A stretch of DNA of 58,045 nucleotides from Candidatus Daviesbacteria bacterium RIFCSPHIGHO2_01_FULL_41_45 (GCA_001776975.1 MFCS01000029.1:1-58045), one strand, 5' to 3'; shown: positions 18,846 through 29,292, counted from the stretch's first letter. The notes: generated from the letters alone by a model not told the origin. Numbers and translations: made by a program.

Positions 18846-20558
18846 ATGACTTTTGATAATTTAACAGAGTATTTTGAGAAACTAGAAGTAACCTCCTCCA
18901 GACTGATTTTAATTGATATTTTATCTGATCTTTTTTCTCAAGCTGAAAAGACGGATGTGGCTCAGATTTGTTATTTACTTCAGGGACGAGTTGCTCCTTT
19001 TTATGAACCAATTGAGATTGGTATGGCTGAAAAAAATGTGACAGCATCGATTGCCAGAGCCTATGGGGTCAAACGGGAGCTAGTGCTTTCAGAGTACGGC
19101 CGGGTAGGGGATTTGGGTCAAGTGGCACAAAATTTAGCTGATCAGAAAAAAAATAAAAGTTCGCATCTTTTAATCTCAGATGTTTTCCAGACCTTATTGG
19201 ATATAGCTGAAATGCATGGTGAGGGAATGGTAGAAAAAAAGATCGTCTCTTTAGCAAGCCTGTTATCTAATACGAGTGGTAAAGAGGCAAGGCATTTAGT
19301 TAGAATTCCTTTAGGAGCTACAAGACTCGGTGTGGGGGATCCAACAATTTTAGATGCTTTTGCCAAATTAAAATTGGGCGATAAAAGCAAAAGAAAATTA
19401 TTAGAGGGAGCGTATAATAAAGTCTCTGATTTAGGGTTAATTGGAGAGGTTTTGTGGGGTAAGGGTTTAAAAGGCGTTGCAGAATTAGATGTAATGGTCG
19501 GTAGGCCTTTAAGAAGTCAGCTTTGTGAAAGACTGACAGATTCAAAAACCATCCTAGAAAAACTGGATGGTTTAGTACATGTCCAGTATAAATATGATGG
19601 GTTTAGGGTTCAGATTCACAAAAATGGTGATAAAGTGAGGTTTTTTTCCCGGAATTTAGAGGAGACCACCCCAATGTTTCCCGAGATTGTAGAAGGAGTT
19701 TTAAAACAGGTTAAAGCAAAAACAATAATTCTAGATTCAGAGGCGTTGGCTTTTAATCCGGAGTCCGAGGAGTTTTTACCCTTTCAGGAAACTACAAAGC
19801 GAAGAAGAAAATATGAGATAGAAAAAATGCAAAAACAGTTGCCTCTAAAGGCTTTTGTTTTTGATGTGATGTATATTGATGGAAAATCTTTAGTGGATAC
19901 GCCACTCAAAGAACGAATTGAAATTCTAAACAAATTTATAGAGGGTGATGAAATATTAATTCCGCAACCGGGGGAGTATGTTAGTGATCATTTAAGATTG
20001 GAGAAGATTTTTCAAGAATCTTTGGCAAAAGGCTTGGAGGGAGTAATTACTAAAAGGCCAGATTCAAAATACGAGGCGGGGGCGAGGAATTTTAATTGGA
20101 TTAAACTGAAGAGACATTCCAGCGGGGAGTTAAAAGATACTATTGATTGTGTTATCTTGGGATACATTTTTGGCAAAGGCAAGAGAGCTGATTTTGGGGC
20201 CGGTGCATTATTAGTTGGGGTTTACGATAAAGATAAAGATGAGTTCCTAACTGTTTCCAAGATTGGCACAGGGTTGACTGATGAAGAATGGAGAGAGGTA
20301 CATCAAAGGGCGGATAAATTAAAAGTTGATACCAAGCCTGCCAGGGTAAAATCGGTTTTAACCCCGTCTGTTTGGGTGACCCCGGAGATTGTAATTGAGG
20401 TATTGGCAGATGAGATTACCATCTCACCCATACACACAGCAGGATATGCTTTAAGGTTTCCCAGGTTAGTTAAATTTAGAGGGTACGATAAGCAAGCTGA
20501 GGATGCCACAACTGTTAAAGAGATAAAAAAGATGTACAGTCAGCAATATAAGACCTAA
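18846..20558 (+). CDS. lig: ATP-dependent DNA ligase (archaeal/eukaryotic ligase I architecture)
   Basis: N-terminal DNA-binding domain, KYDGFRVQIH, EGVITK, WIKLK and LRFPR. Confidence 0.95.
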   Translation: MTFDNLTEYFEKLEVTSSRLILIDILSDLFSQAEKTDVAQICYLLQGRVAPFYEPIEIGMAEKNVTASIARAYGVKRELVLSEYGRVGDLGQVAQNLADQKKNKSSHLLISDVFQTLLDIAEMHGEGMVEKKIVSLASLLSNTSGKEARHLVRIPLGATRLGVGDPTILDAFAKLKLGDKSKRKLLEGAYNKVSDLGLIGEVLWGKGLKGVAELDVMVGRPLRSQLCERLTDSKTILEKLDGLVHVQYKYDGFRVQIHKNGDKVRFFSRNLEETTPMFPEIVEGVLKQVKAKTIILDSEALAFNPESEEFLPFQETTKRRRKYEIEKMQKQLPLKAFVFDVMYIDGKSLVDTPLKERIEILNKFIEGDEILIPQPGEYVSDHLRLEKIFQESLAKGLEGVITKRPDSKYEAGARNFNWIKLKRHSSGELKDTIDCVILGYIFGKGKRADFGAGALLVGVYDKDKDEFLTVSKIGTGLTDEEWREVHQRADKLKVDTKPARVKSVLTPSVWVTPEIVIEVLADEITISPIHTAGYALRFPRLVKFRGYDKQAEDATTVKEIKKMYSQQYKT

Positions 20559-21004
20559 CGCTTGGAAGGGAAGGGATATTTTTTCGCACCCTCTGGCGTC
20601 TGCACTAAATAAATCCTCGTTCCCGGATTGACGAAACCAGTGTCTGAAAACTCTTCATGTAATAGTTCTTGACAGCCAAAGACGTCTAATACTGCCTCTG
20701 GAAAACCAGTAAACATAGCATCAGGAGCACAAAGTTCAGTGTTAAATCGTGCTTTTCCCTGGCCTAATTCAGGCCAGGTATGAACGATAATGGCAGATTC
20801 AGCAAGTATTAATCCGCCAGTTACCCCAACCGGAGAGAATTGTTCAAAGAAAGAGCTTCTAGTTGTCCAGCTCATTTTACGAGCCACCTCCCTTAAGGAC
20901 TCAATTAGTCTAGCAGGGTTATCGAGTAGACCTTGGTGAGCGCCATTTATTTTAGTTATGGCTATTTTGGCAGTGATGTCAGTAAATCTTTCAGGGATAC
21001 CCAT
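20555..21004 (-). CDS. Divergent S-adenosylmethionine decarboxylase (SpeD) family pyruvoyl proenzyme
   Basis: FSPVGVTGGLILAES-AIIVHTWPE; the E|S cleavage site and a downstream Cys are kept. Confidence 0.8.
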   Translation of the reverse strand: MGIPERFTDITAKIAITKINGAHQGLLDNPARLIESLREVARKMSWTTRSSFFEQFSPVGVTGGLILAESAIIVHTWPELGQGKARFNTELCAPDAMFTGFPEAVLDVFGCQELLHEEFSDTGFVNPGTRIYLVQTPEGAKKYPFPSKR

Positions 21005-21074
21005 ACCTAAATCTTATAAGATTATTGATCCTATATCAATAAAATAGTATCTTTATCTGGTAAAATCATTAAAG

Positions 21075-21659
21075 ATGAAATTAATTGTTGGACTTGGGAA
21101 TCCGGGGGAGAAGTTTATTAATACCAGACACAATCTGGGCTTTATGGTGGTAGATGAATATGTTAAAAAACATTTAGGACCTAAAATTATCTGGGAGAGT
21201 AGTAAAGATTTTAAATCAGAGATGTTAAAACTAAGTAATGATTTATGGTTGGTAAAACCGCAAACCTTCATGAATCATTCAGGAGTAGCTGTGGAAAATA
21301 TCTGCCGTTACTACAAAATTAACCCCAGCGATTTAATAGTGATCTATGATGATTTGGATCTACCTTTGGGAAAAATAAAAATCAGAATGGGGGGATCAGC
21401 AGCGGGACATCATGGAGTAGAGTCAATCCTTGAAAGATTGGGTAAGGATGGTTTCATTAGAATTAGAATTGGCATTGGAAACTTAAAATCAAAGATGGCT
21501 GAACAAAAGGATCATTTATTCGATGCCAATCGTTTTGTGGTTGATGATTTTGATCAAAGTGAAAAATCCAAGATTCGGCACGCTGTTAAACAGTCCATCA
21601 ATGCACTAGATGTTTTAATAAAAGACGGGCTAGAAAAAGTTCAGACTCAGTTCAACTAA
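21075..21659 (+). CDS. pth: Peptidyl-tRNA hydrolase
   Basis: LIVGLGNPG, TRHNLGF, KPQTFMNHSG, YDDLDLP and GHHG. Confidence 0.97.
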   Translation: MKLIVGLGNPGEKFINTRHNLGFMVVDEYVKKHLGPKIIWESSKDFKSEMLKLSNDLWLVKPQTFMNHSGVAVENICRYYKINPSDLIVIYDDLDLPLGKIKIRMGGSAAGHHGVESILERLGKDGFIRIRIGIGNLKSKMAEQKDHLFDANRFVVDDFDQSEKSKIRHAVKQSINALDVLIKDGLEKVQTQFN

Positions 21660-21662
21660 TGG

Positions 21663-21691
21663 TTGACACCTATCTTACTAGATATTAAACT
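21663..21691 (+). promoter_or_regulatory. Sigma70-type promoter of the DsbA-like gene
   Basis: TTGACA-N17-TAAACT, with GTG 7 nt downstream. Confidence 0.7.
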
Positions 21692-21698
21692 AACTCCA

Positions 21699-22421
21699 GT
21701 GAAAAATATTACTCCTCAGGTAGCGATCCTAATCGGCTCGGTACTGATCTCTTTATCGATATTGGTCCATGGTGGAATTATTAAAATAGGCAAGGCTGGT
21801 TCTGTGGTGACCCAACCAACTGCTGGGACTCCAGTAGCTCAACCTCAAGCTAAAACAGACACAGAGAGGACTCAGTCATTTAAAAAGTTAGCTGGAGATT
21901 TAAAACTAGACACTAAAAAATTCGACGCTTGTTTAGAAGCAGGAGAGAAAGCCTCCTTAGTATCAGCTGATCAAAGTGAAGGTACCACTTTGGGCGTAGG
22001 AGGGACGCCCTCATTTTTTGTTAATGGAAGAGAGTTGTTTGTTGGTGCAGCGCCATTTTCCGAGTTTAAGAAGATGATTGATGAGGAACTAAACGGTAGT
22101 GCTCCTGTGACCACGGTCAGGAAGACGGTTTCTGTGGGTAATTTACCAGCTAAGGGTAGCGCCTCAGCCCCAGTTACTCTCATTGAGTTTTCTGATTATC
22201 AGTGTCCATTTTGTGCCAGGTTTTATTCTGATGCTGAGAAACAAATTTTAAAAGAGTACGTTGATACTGGAAAAGTGAAGCTATACTATCGAGATTTTCC
22301 TTTAACTCAAATCCATCCTGGGGCTCAGAAAGCAGCTGAGGCAGCCAGGTGTGCCGGAGATCAAAATAGATATTGGGAGTACCACGATTTGGTCTTTGAA
22401 AATCAAGCTAGTATCTTCTAG
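21699..22421 (+). CDS. Membrane-anchored DsbA/BdbD-family oxidoreductase, circularly permuted
   Basis: TM anchor; GVGGTPSFFVNG precedes EFSDYQCPFC. Start reassigned to GTG 21699 (MKNITPQ). Confidence 0.88.
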   Translation: MKNITPQVAILIGSVLISLSILVHGGIIKIGKAGSVVTQPTAGTPVAQPQAKTDTERTQSFKKLAGDLKLDTKKFDACLEAGEKASLVSADQSEGTTLGVGGTPSFFVNGRELFVGAAPFSEFKKMIDEELNGSAPVTTVRKTVSVGNLPAKGSASAPVTLIEFSDYQCPFCARFYSDAEKQILKEYVDTGKVKLYYRDFPLTQIHPGAQKAAEAARCAGDQNRYWEYHDLVFENQASIF

Positions 22422-22424
22422 AAA

Positions 22425-23171
22425 ATGTCAATTTTGGGAAGCATAGTCGTCGCCAATTTACTAATTGGAATGTTGGCGTTGGTAGGGGTTTTTTTGTTGT
22501 TAAAAAAAGAATTTATCAACAAACACACCATAACTTTTCTAGTAAGTTTTGCTGCGGGGGTAATTTTAGCAACATCTTTTTTAGATCTATTACCTGAGGC
22601 TATCGAAGGCGTAGGGGAGCCTCAGCAGGTTTTACCGTTTACCCTACTTGCCATTGTGTCATTTTTCTTTTTAGAGAGATTTGTTTTGTGGTTTCACCAT
22701 CATGATGATACGCATGGCGCAAATCCAGCCTCAGTTTTGATATTATTGGGAGATTCACTACACAATTTTATAGACGGGGTAGCGATCGCAGCAGCTTTTT
22801 TAACTGATCCAAACCTAGGAATATTAACTACTGTGGCAATTGCAGCACATGAGATACCCCAAGAGTTCGCCGATTTTAGCATTCTGGTTTCTGGGGGAAT
22901 GAAAAAAACTAAGGCGCTGTTATTTAACTTTCTTTCGGGCTTGACCGCTATTCTGGGAGGAGTAGTCGGATTCTTCTTTCTGGATAAAATTTCCACCCTT
23001 TTACCAATAACACTAGCCTTCACTGCAGGGATGTTTATTTATATTGCTTGCTCAGATTTGATTCCTGATCTTCATCGACATCTGGAGGAGAGAAAGGGTT
23101 GGATTCAATTCCTACCGTTTTTGTTTGGCATCGGATTAACTTGGATTATGGTAGTGAATTTAGGTCACTAG
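22425..23171 (+). CDS. ZIP family metal transporter
   Basis: His-rich loop HHHDDTH, GDSLHNFIDG, HEIPQE and GMFIYIA. Confidence 0.93.
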   Translation: MSILGSIVVANLLIGMLALVGVFLLLKKEFINKHTITFLVSFAAGVILATSFLDLLPEAIEGVGEPQQVLPFTLLAIVSFFFLERFVLWFHHHDDTHGANPASVLILLGDSLHNFIDGVAIAAAFLTDPNLGILTTVAIAAHEIPQEFADFSILVSGGMKKTKALLFNFLSGLTAILGGVVGFFFLDKISTLLPITLAFTAGMFIYIACSDLIPDLHRHLEERKGWIQFLPFLFGIGLTWIMVVNLGH

Positions 23172-25224
23172 AGAGCTTATAAATTATTGTTTCGCCATGT
23201 TGAAAAACCTCTTCGCCTAAGTTGGCAAACTTACCTGCAGCTAATTTAGGGTATTTTTGTCTTTCTAGATCGCCAATAAAAACATAGGAGATATTATATT
23301 TTTTTATCAGCTGTCGCGTTTCGTTTAAATCTTCACTTTCATACAAAAGCTGTACCTCGGGAATACGAGAGGAGATGCCACTGTAATCTCCTCTCCACAG
23401 CCATTCGTGAACTGGCCATCCGGCTACCGTCGGCAACCCTGTGTTAGCGGATACCCGGAGGTAATCTGTATAAGAATCTCCGTTTGCTTCCAGGATAATT
23501 GGTTGTCCCTGAACGTTGTTTCTTAACCAAATAATCCCTAGGTAATCGCTGGGGTGGGTAGATGATAAATATTTTAATCCATCAAGATCTGTGGCCGACT
23601 GAAGGTTATTATAGTATGAGCTGATGGCAAAGTAGGGATATACTGCAACTAGGGTAAATAAGAAGCTAGCGGGTAATAAATATAAATAGGAAGGTTTGGA
23701 GCTAATGATTCTGACAATCAGATACCCTGAGAGTAGTCCCAGGATTGTGAAAGCCTGGTATCCAAATTTAAAAACTGTGTTAGCCCGGTAGTGTTGTGGA
23801 TAAATATCTTTAGCATAAAATATCTCGGGAATTATTACTAAAATTAATGCAGCTGTGGCAAGGGAGAGTATTAGTAAGTCAAGACTGATGATCTTTTTAT
23901 CTTTCAGGATGACAAATTTTATAAATCCACTCATTAAAAACAATGGGAATCCCCAAAGTATGAGTAGCATCCAAAATGGTGAAAGTGAGCAGTGGTTTGC
24001 TTCAAATAAGAATGGGCCAATTTTTCCAATATCTATTAAAAATTGAGGGGCGCACAGCACTCCAATGCCTGAGGCAAAAGGGGTGAAGTGGATCCAAAAT
24101 GGTAAGGAGAAAATGATGGTTAAGAAAAAAATTATACCAATTTTTAATAGAGATTCCCGAGAAAACTTTACAAATAAAATTATTGATAAAACTAGTAGAT
24201 AAATTGGTCCATCTAAAACATTGGTCATTAAAAATATAGATAGCAGTAATCCTAAAACACCGTAATCAAAAAGAAAAAGCCTCTTTTGAAAAAAAATTTT
24301 AATAATGATCGCCAAAAATAATAAGACGAAAGGAATATTAAAAACATGTCCATGCAGATCAGATACGACAAAAGAATATAAGGGAAATTCGTGAATAGTA
24401 TTGGGGATAAAACGGGTAGCATTTGGATACCAGTACTCGCCAAAGTTTAGTTTTAAGGGTAGTTGCCAAAAAGGAACGGGGTTTTCAGCTGGGACATAAC
24501 TTTGAAAGAAAAGATAAATAGGATGTAAGTTACCTCCTAATGTCACCAAGAAAGCACTGATAGCTCCGGCCGTAAGCATTAACTGCTTAGAGTCTGGTTT
24601 AAAAAAATAAAATAAGTTAGCACTGATAGAAAATGAAGCTGTTAGACAGATAGCAAATATTGTAGCCAATACTAAATTATAGGAGATGGCAGAATCGATA
24701 GCGGATAATTTCATTAAAACTGCTGCCGACAAATGTCCAAAATAATAATAGTTAATCGTTAATGGTGTCATCCAGATATCTTTTGGAGGAAAGTAGTCGC
24801 TTCTTAATATCGAGTTGATAAAACCAAAATCCATGAACTTCTCTAAGCCATAGAGAGATGGTTCGTGGGATCTGATAAAAGCCCAAAATATTAATCCGGC
24901 CGTAAACAAAATCTCACTGAGCAGTATTTGATATTTTGAGTCAAGTATTTGATTAAATAATTTATTTTTAAACAACAGATATAAGTTTAACAAAAGACAG
25001 ATCAAGGTAAGCAGATATACAGTGAATGTATTAAACGGAAGGATATACAAACTTCCAAGTAGCCAACTGAGATATCCTATAACTACCAATCCAATAACCT
25101 TGGAAAATATGTATCCTTTATCAAAAAAGGATCCAAAGATCTGTATGGTTAGGGGAAGAAATGCTATCCCTAATAAAAATAATACTACCCACCACTGAAG
25201 TATATAAAATATGTTTTCCGACAT
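23146..25224 (-). CDS. DUF2298 / YYY-motif membrane protein (GT-C-like)
   Basis: EKFMDFGF, INYYYFGH, TIHEFP, DLHGH and GWPVHEWLWRG. Confidence 0.85.
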   Translation of the reverse strand: MSENIFYILQWWVVLFLLGIAFLPLTIQIFGSFFDKGYIFSKVIGLVVIGYLSWLLGSLYILPFNTFTVYLLTLICLLLNLYLLFKNKLFNQILDSKYQILLSEILFTAGLIFWAFIRSHEPSLYGLEKFMDFGFINSILRSDYFPPKDIWMTPLTINYYYFGHLSAAVLMKLSAIDSAISYNLVLATIFAICLTASFSISANLFYFFKPDSKQLMLTAGAISAFLVTLGGNLHPIYLFFQSYVPAENPVPFWQLPLKLNFGEYWYPNATRFIPNTIHEFPLYSFVVSDLHGHVFNIPFVLLFLAIIIKIFFQKRLFLFDYGVLGLLLSIFLMTNVLDGPIYLLVLSIILFVKFSRESLLKIGIIFFLTIIFSLPFWIHFTPFASGIGVLCAPQFLIDIGKIGPFLFEANHCSLSPFWMLLILWGFPLFLMSGFIKFVILKDKKIISLDLLILSLATAALILVIIPEIFYAKDIYPQHYRANTVFKFGYQAFTILGLLSGYLIVRIISSKPSYLYLLPASFLFTLVAVYPYFAISSYYNNLQSATDLDGLKYLSSTHPSDYLGIIWLRNNVQGQPIILEANGDSYTDYLRVSANTGLPTVAGWPVHEWLWRGDYSGISSRIPEVQLLYESEDLNETRQLIKKYNISYVFIGDLERQKYPKLAAGKFANLGEEVFQHGETIIYKLSSDLNSLP

Positions 25225-25227
25225 CAG

Positions 25228-26034
25228 CTACCTTCCACCATATCGTCCAAGTTGACTTTGGATCAGTCCTTTGTCTTTATAAATTCTATGGAAGCAACGT
25301 AGTGCTGCTAGGAGATAACTTAAAGGAAGAGGCTTTCCGTCTTTTTCTAAACCATAAGAAATCGGTACCTCAGTGTATGAATAATTATGCATCCAGGAAA
25401 CTATAGCTCTTATCTCAGTTTGATACATGTGAAAGGGGCCCTGGACTGCCGAACTCCATTTTTCTGGCGGTACCACACTAAACATATCTTTAATCACTTG
25501 ACTTCTAAAACCCTGAAAACCGCTAGCAGCATCAGTTAAGTTAGTATCTAGAAATAGATTAGAAAGTAGTGTCGCCGACCTACTCGCTAGTTGTCTTTGC
25601 CATGGGTAGGTATTAACTCCTCCGTTATTAAATCTGGTTGATAGAACTATGTCATAATAATTTAACTGTTTTACTAAATTGGACAATTCTTCGGGTAAAT
25701 GACCTCCACCGGAATCAATCTCTATGACCCTATCTCCCAACTTAGCTGCGGTCTCTAAGCCCTTGAGATAGGCATAGGCAAAAGTATTGTCTTTGACAAT
25801 TACACTACTAGCTATTCCTGGGAATTCTCTCTGTAACAGCAAATCTATCTCCTGAGTATTTTTAGGATCTAAACCCGAATGCATTGCCACTAGAACTTTA
25901 GTATCCAAACCTGTTTGAGCGGTAGTTTTAAGGATTCTCCCGATAAATGGATGAACGGTTGGTGCCGGAACGTTTAGTGAATCGATCACTACTACTAAAT
26001 CAGCTTTTTTTTCAGTTGTCATGTTGGTCTTCAT
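25228..26034 (-). CDS. GT2 polyprenol-phosphate glycosyltransferase-like protein (divergent)
   Basis: YAYLKG, IEIDSGGGH, DIVLSTRF, LTDAASGFQGF and EVPISY. Confidence 0.75.
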   Translation of the reverse strand: MKTNMTTEKKADLVVVIDSLNVPAPTVHPFIGRILKTTAQTGLDTKVLVAMHSGLDPKNTQEIDLLLQREFPGIASSVIVKDNTFAYAYLKGLETAAKLGDRVIEIDSGGGHLPEELSNLVKQLNYYDIVLSTRFNNGGVNTYPWQRQLASRSATLLSNLFLDTNLTDAASGFQGFRSQVIKDMFSVVPPEKWSSAVQGPFHMYQTEIRAIVSWMHNYSYTEVPISYGLEKDGKPLPLSYLLAALRCFHRIYKDKGLIQSQLGRYGGR

Positions 26035-26087
26035 ATATTAATTCTTTCCTTCTCTTTTTTAAAGATCATCAATGTTTTCCCTGTTTT

Positions 26088-27683
26088 TCATCTTTTAATC
26101 TCTCCGATAATAAAAGCAACAGCTCCGTTAGGATAATAAACAGTTTTTTTAAGGGAGAATTTATCGGCATATTCTGATTGGCTTAAGTAGTCTGGACTTA
26201 AGGAAAATAGCTGTTTTCTTGCTAAGTCTACGATAGAAGAATTTCGATAAAAATCACCACCGCGACATTTATTTTGACATAGATTTTCCGGGTCATAAAA
26301 TTTGAGAAATATATCTGCCCCATTAAACTCACCACTGAGATACATCTCATCGTAGGCATCGCTTTGTGAAAGAAAATAACTCATAATCTCTCTTGGTCCA
26401 TATTGCCAACCCCAGTAATCTGAGGAGTATCGAGGATATTCCCGGAAATATTTATCTCTGTAATTATTTATTGATAATGCAAGTACGACAAAAAACGAAA
26501 GTAGTAGAATAAAACGCATCGGTAAAATAGTAGGATACTTTAAATTAACCATAATCTTTAATAAATATGATAATCCTACCCCAGTCAGAATGGTAAAGGG
26601 GATAACTCCTAAAAGAGACCGATGAGAGAATGGCCCTTCAGCAACTACAGTTGAACCTATTGGATAGAGAAAAATAAGAAAAAAAATTATTAATAAAAAT
26701 CTTTTGTGATTTTGAAAAAGAAATAATAGGCCGAAGATAATTAAAGGTAATTGAATTAAGTAGAGTTCACCCATTCCTCTCACAGAATGACGAGTAATAA
26801 AATGTCCCGGCATATCGATGTCACCTTTAGTGAATAAAAAATCAGCTGAAAAGTGTTCTAAGTATGTTTTAATGATCGGTCCCGAGATAGATTCCAGGCT
26901 CATTCCTTGAGCAAACGGAGAGACACTCTGAAATCTAGTCAAAGCTTGACCGGCGAGAGTGGCCTGAATAAAGGGCAAAAAACCAACGATTAAAATCGTC
27001 GCAGTTATAAAAAAAGTAGATCTTTTAACCTGGATAATTGATCTATAATAAATTACGAAAAGCAGAGAGAGTAATGGAAGCATAACTAGTTGAATCACAT
27101 ATGCCGTATAAAATGTCACAACAAAAGAGACAGCGGATAAAGGTAATAGATAGGAGGATTTATTATCTGAGGTAATGAATTTATAGAAAAACAATAAAGA
27201 TAAGCTGAGAAAAAATGGCATGGGGATATACTCAAAACCCGACCTGCTGAAGTGAATGTGCCAAGGTGAAACAGCCAGGAAAAGTGCAGCGCTCAGTCCA
27301 GAAACTTCTTGCATGTTACGACCTCTGGTATTTAAAGAGGCTTTAACTGCTAAGTATAATATTAATATGGTGAGCGTTCCGTAAATTGCCATGGTCAGCC
27401 TGACAGATAACTCACTTAATCCTAATAAGGCAACGATCGGGATCATGCTGTATATAGCAACAGGGGTGCGGTAATCTCCGAACGACTGAAAATAAAAAGG
27501 AAAAGGTTTGTTATATTCATCAGCGCCAGTTGCCAGCAATTTATAGGCATTAAATCCGTTGGCTGCTTCATCAGCGAAAAATCCAGCAGGAATTTGATCT
27601 AGTTGGTAAGTTCTTAAAAATAATCCAAGAATAAGAATTAAAAAAAGACAGACTAGGTATAAATTATTGGGATAACTTTTCAT
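26088..27683 (-). CDS. GT-C (ArnT/PMT-like) glycosyltransferase
   Basis: LRTYQL..IPAGFFADEAANG, SPWHIHFSR and many TM segments. Confidence 0.88.
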   Translation of the reverse strand: MKSYPNNLYLVCLFLILILGLFLRTYQLDQIPAGFFADEAANGFNAYKLLATGADEYNKPFPFYFQSFGDYRTPVAIYSMIPIVALLGLSELSVRLTMAIYGTLTILILYLAVKASLNTRGRNMQEVSGLSAALFLAVSPWHIHFSRSGFEYIPMPFFLSLSLLFFYKFITSDNKSSYLLPLSAVSFVVTFYTAYVIQLVMLPLLSLLFVIYYRSIIQVKRSTFFITATILIVGFLPFIQATLAGQALTRFQSVSPFAQGMSLESISGPIIKTYLEHFSADFLFTKGDIDMPGHFITRHSVRGMGELYLIQLPLIIFGLLFLFQNHKRFLLIIFFLIFLYPIGSTVVAEGPFSHRSLLGVIPFTILTGVGLSYLLKIMVNLKYPTILPMRFILLLSFFVVLALSINNYRDKYFREYPRYSSDYWGWQYGPREIMSYFLSQSDAYDEMYLSGEFNGADIFLKFYDPENLCQNKCRGGDFYRNSSIVDLARKQLFSLSPDYLSQSEYADKFSLKKTVYYPNGAVAFIIGEIKR

Positions 27684-29292
27684 TTTTAAAGATCATAATT
27701 TTTGGATGATCATAAACGGTAAAAGACTCGTCAGCGTCAAAATCATTGATAGCTAAATTAGTAAAAGGAATTTTTGGATAGGATGAGAATTCGGCAACCT
27801 TGGTATAGTCTAACTGCTGGTTAAATAATTTTTGATAGTAATCAGCTGATTGGCGGTAACACCTAGAAGTAGGTAATGTTTGACAGTTGGTTAGTTTCAT
27901 TAAGGGCACGTATAATCGATTACTGGCAATAATAAGATAATCGGCCTGGCCAAGAATATTATTAACCCTATCCCACTTAGCTGGAGTGTCGGGCTCATAC
28001 ATAGGTAGCTCTAAACTTTGGTAACGACCAAAATTATCTGTAGGTAACTCATCATCCCAGTGTTCACGGGCGATTACTGCTGTTTGAGGGATCTGGGAGT
28101 TAATCCATTTTGTGGCAGTAACCCGGGTATTATCTGTGGAATAAATTTGCAGGAAAGATAAAGGCCAAACTAGAAGTAGAGCAATAATTAGAGAGCTCAG
28201 CATTATAAATAATGACTTAGGTAAATATTGTTTGATAACTTCATATAACTCAAAGAGCAAGAAGCCTGCTGACAAACAGAATAGGGGATAAAGCGGTAGC
28301 ATGTATCTCATGAACCCAACCGCAAAACCACCAACAACCAGAAAATATATCCAAAAAAAAGTTACAGGAATAAGGATTAACCATCTTTTTTTAAATACTG
28401 AATAGATGGTAATATATAAAATTCCAGATAAAGACAAGACAGAAAGAATCGGACCCAACCCCCAAAGAATATTTTTTAGTTCATAAAGATAACTCACTTT
28501 CCCGACGTACTGCAGTGTATAGGGGAAGACAAAAGCGTCTTTAGTCATCACTTGTTGTTCCATTGTTTGACGGAAAAAAGTTGCAAAATCAATTAAGGCG
28601 AAAGGTTCAGAGATGGCAAAAGTTATAAATATCAGCAACAATGTTGCAACTAAGGAAACAACAGATTTATATATTTTATGTCGATTAAGATGTAAGGGAA
28701 TAGATATTAGGAGCGGAACGAATAAAATCAGAGCGCTAGTTTTGGTAGCTAAAGCCAACCCCAAAGATACCCCACCAAAGTAGAGGTATCTTAAATGATT
28801 AGACCAGCGGTATTTCACGAGTAGATATAAACAAACAGTTATGAAAAAGGTGAGTGGCGTATCTACAGCATAAAAATGAGACAGTTGGATTGGTAGGACT
28901 GAAATAGCATAGAATAAAGAGGCGAGTAGGGCAGCTATTTTATTAAAGATAAGTTTGGTTAGTAAATACAATACTAGAACAGTTCCCGTATCAAATAAAG
29001 CTGAGAGAAATCTACCAACAAGGTTAATCTGGTCATATCGGCTATATAATGGGTCAATTAATCCCGCCAGGTTACCGGCAATAGCCAGTAAATAAATTGG
29101 CAAACTACCGTAAGCAAAAAACTCAGGATTAAGATTGTTAGGCCAACTAATTTTGTTTGTCACCATAGTGATCATCCGTTCGTCGGGGTGTAGGTGATAG
29201 CCTTGATCCCAATTTAATCCGTAGACCCGGAATATAAATGCCAAAACAATAATAATTGTCAGGATTAGGTTAGATCTGTAAAATGAGCTCAT
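27664..29292 (-). CDS. GT-C (ArnT/PMT-like) glycosyltransferase
   Basis: LNWDQGYHLHPDER, FFAYGSLP, SHFYAVD and VYDHP. Confidence 0.88.
   Translation of the reverse strand: MSSFYRSNLILTIIIVLAFIFRVYGLNWDQGYHLHPDERMITMVTNKISWPNNLNPEFFAYGSLPIYLLAIAGNLAGLIDPLYSRYDQINLVGRFLSALFDTGTVLVLYLLTKLIFNKIAALLASLFYAISVLPIQLSHFYAVDTPLTFFITVCLYLLVKYRWSNHLRYLYFGGVSLGLALATKTSALILFVPLLISIPLHLNRHKIYKSVVSLVATLLLIFITFAISEPFALIDFATFFRQTMEQQVMTKDAFVFPYTLQYVGKVSYLYELKNILWGLGPILSVLSLSGILYITIYSVFKKRWLILIPVTFFWIYFLVVGGFAVGFMRYMLPLYPLFCLSAGFLLFELYEVIKQYLPKSLFIMLSSLIIALLLVWPLSFLQIYSTDNTRVTATKWINSQIPQTAVIAREHWDDELPTDNFGRYQSLELPMYEPDTPAKWDRVNNILGQADYLIIASNRLYVPLMKLTNCQTLPTSRCYRQSADYYQKLFNQQLDYTKVAEFSSYPKIPFTNLAINDFDADESFTVYDHPKIMIFKNEKLSQ

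Noticed and set aside
16456..20558. Prophage or defence island around Fic and the ATP-dependent ligase
   Set aside because: No integrase, att repeats, phage structural genes or recognisable defence genes; fic is translationally coupled to dedA.
21663..21698. ORF-track TTG start for the DsbA gene (likewise 18299, 10887, 30916, 41632, 49160 and 50549)
   Set aside because: These extensions run through promoters, neighbouring genes or RNA stems; downstream starts fit the family N-termini better.
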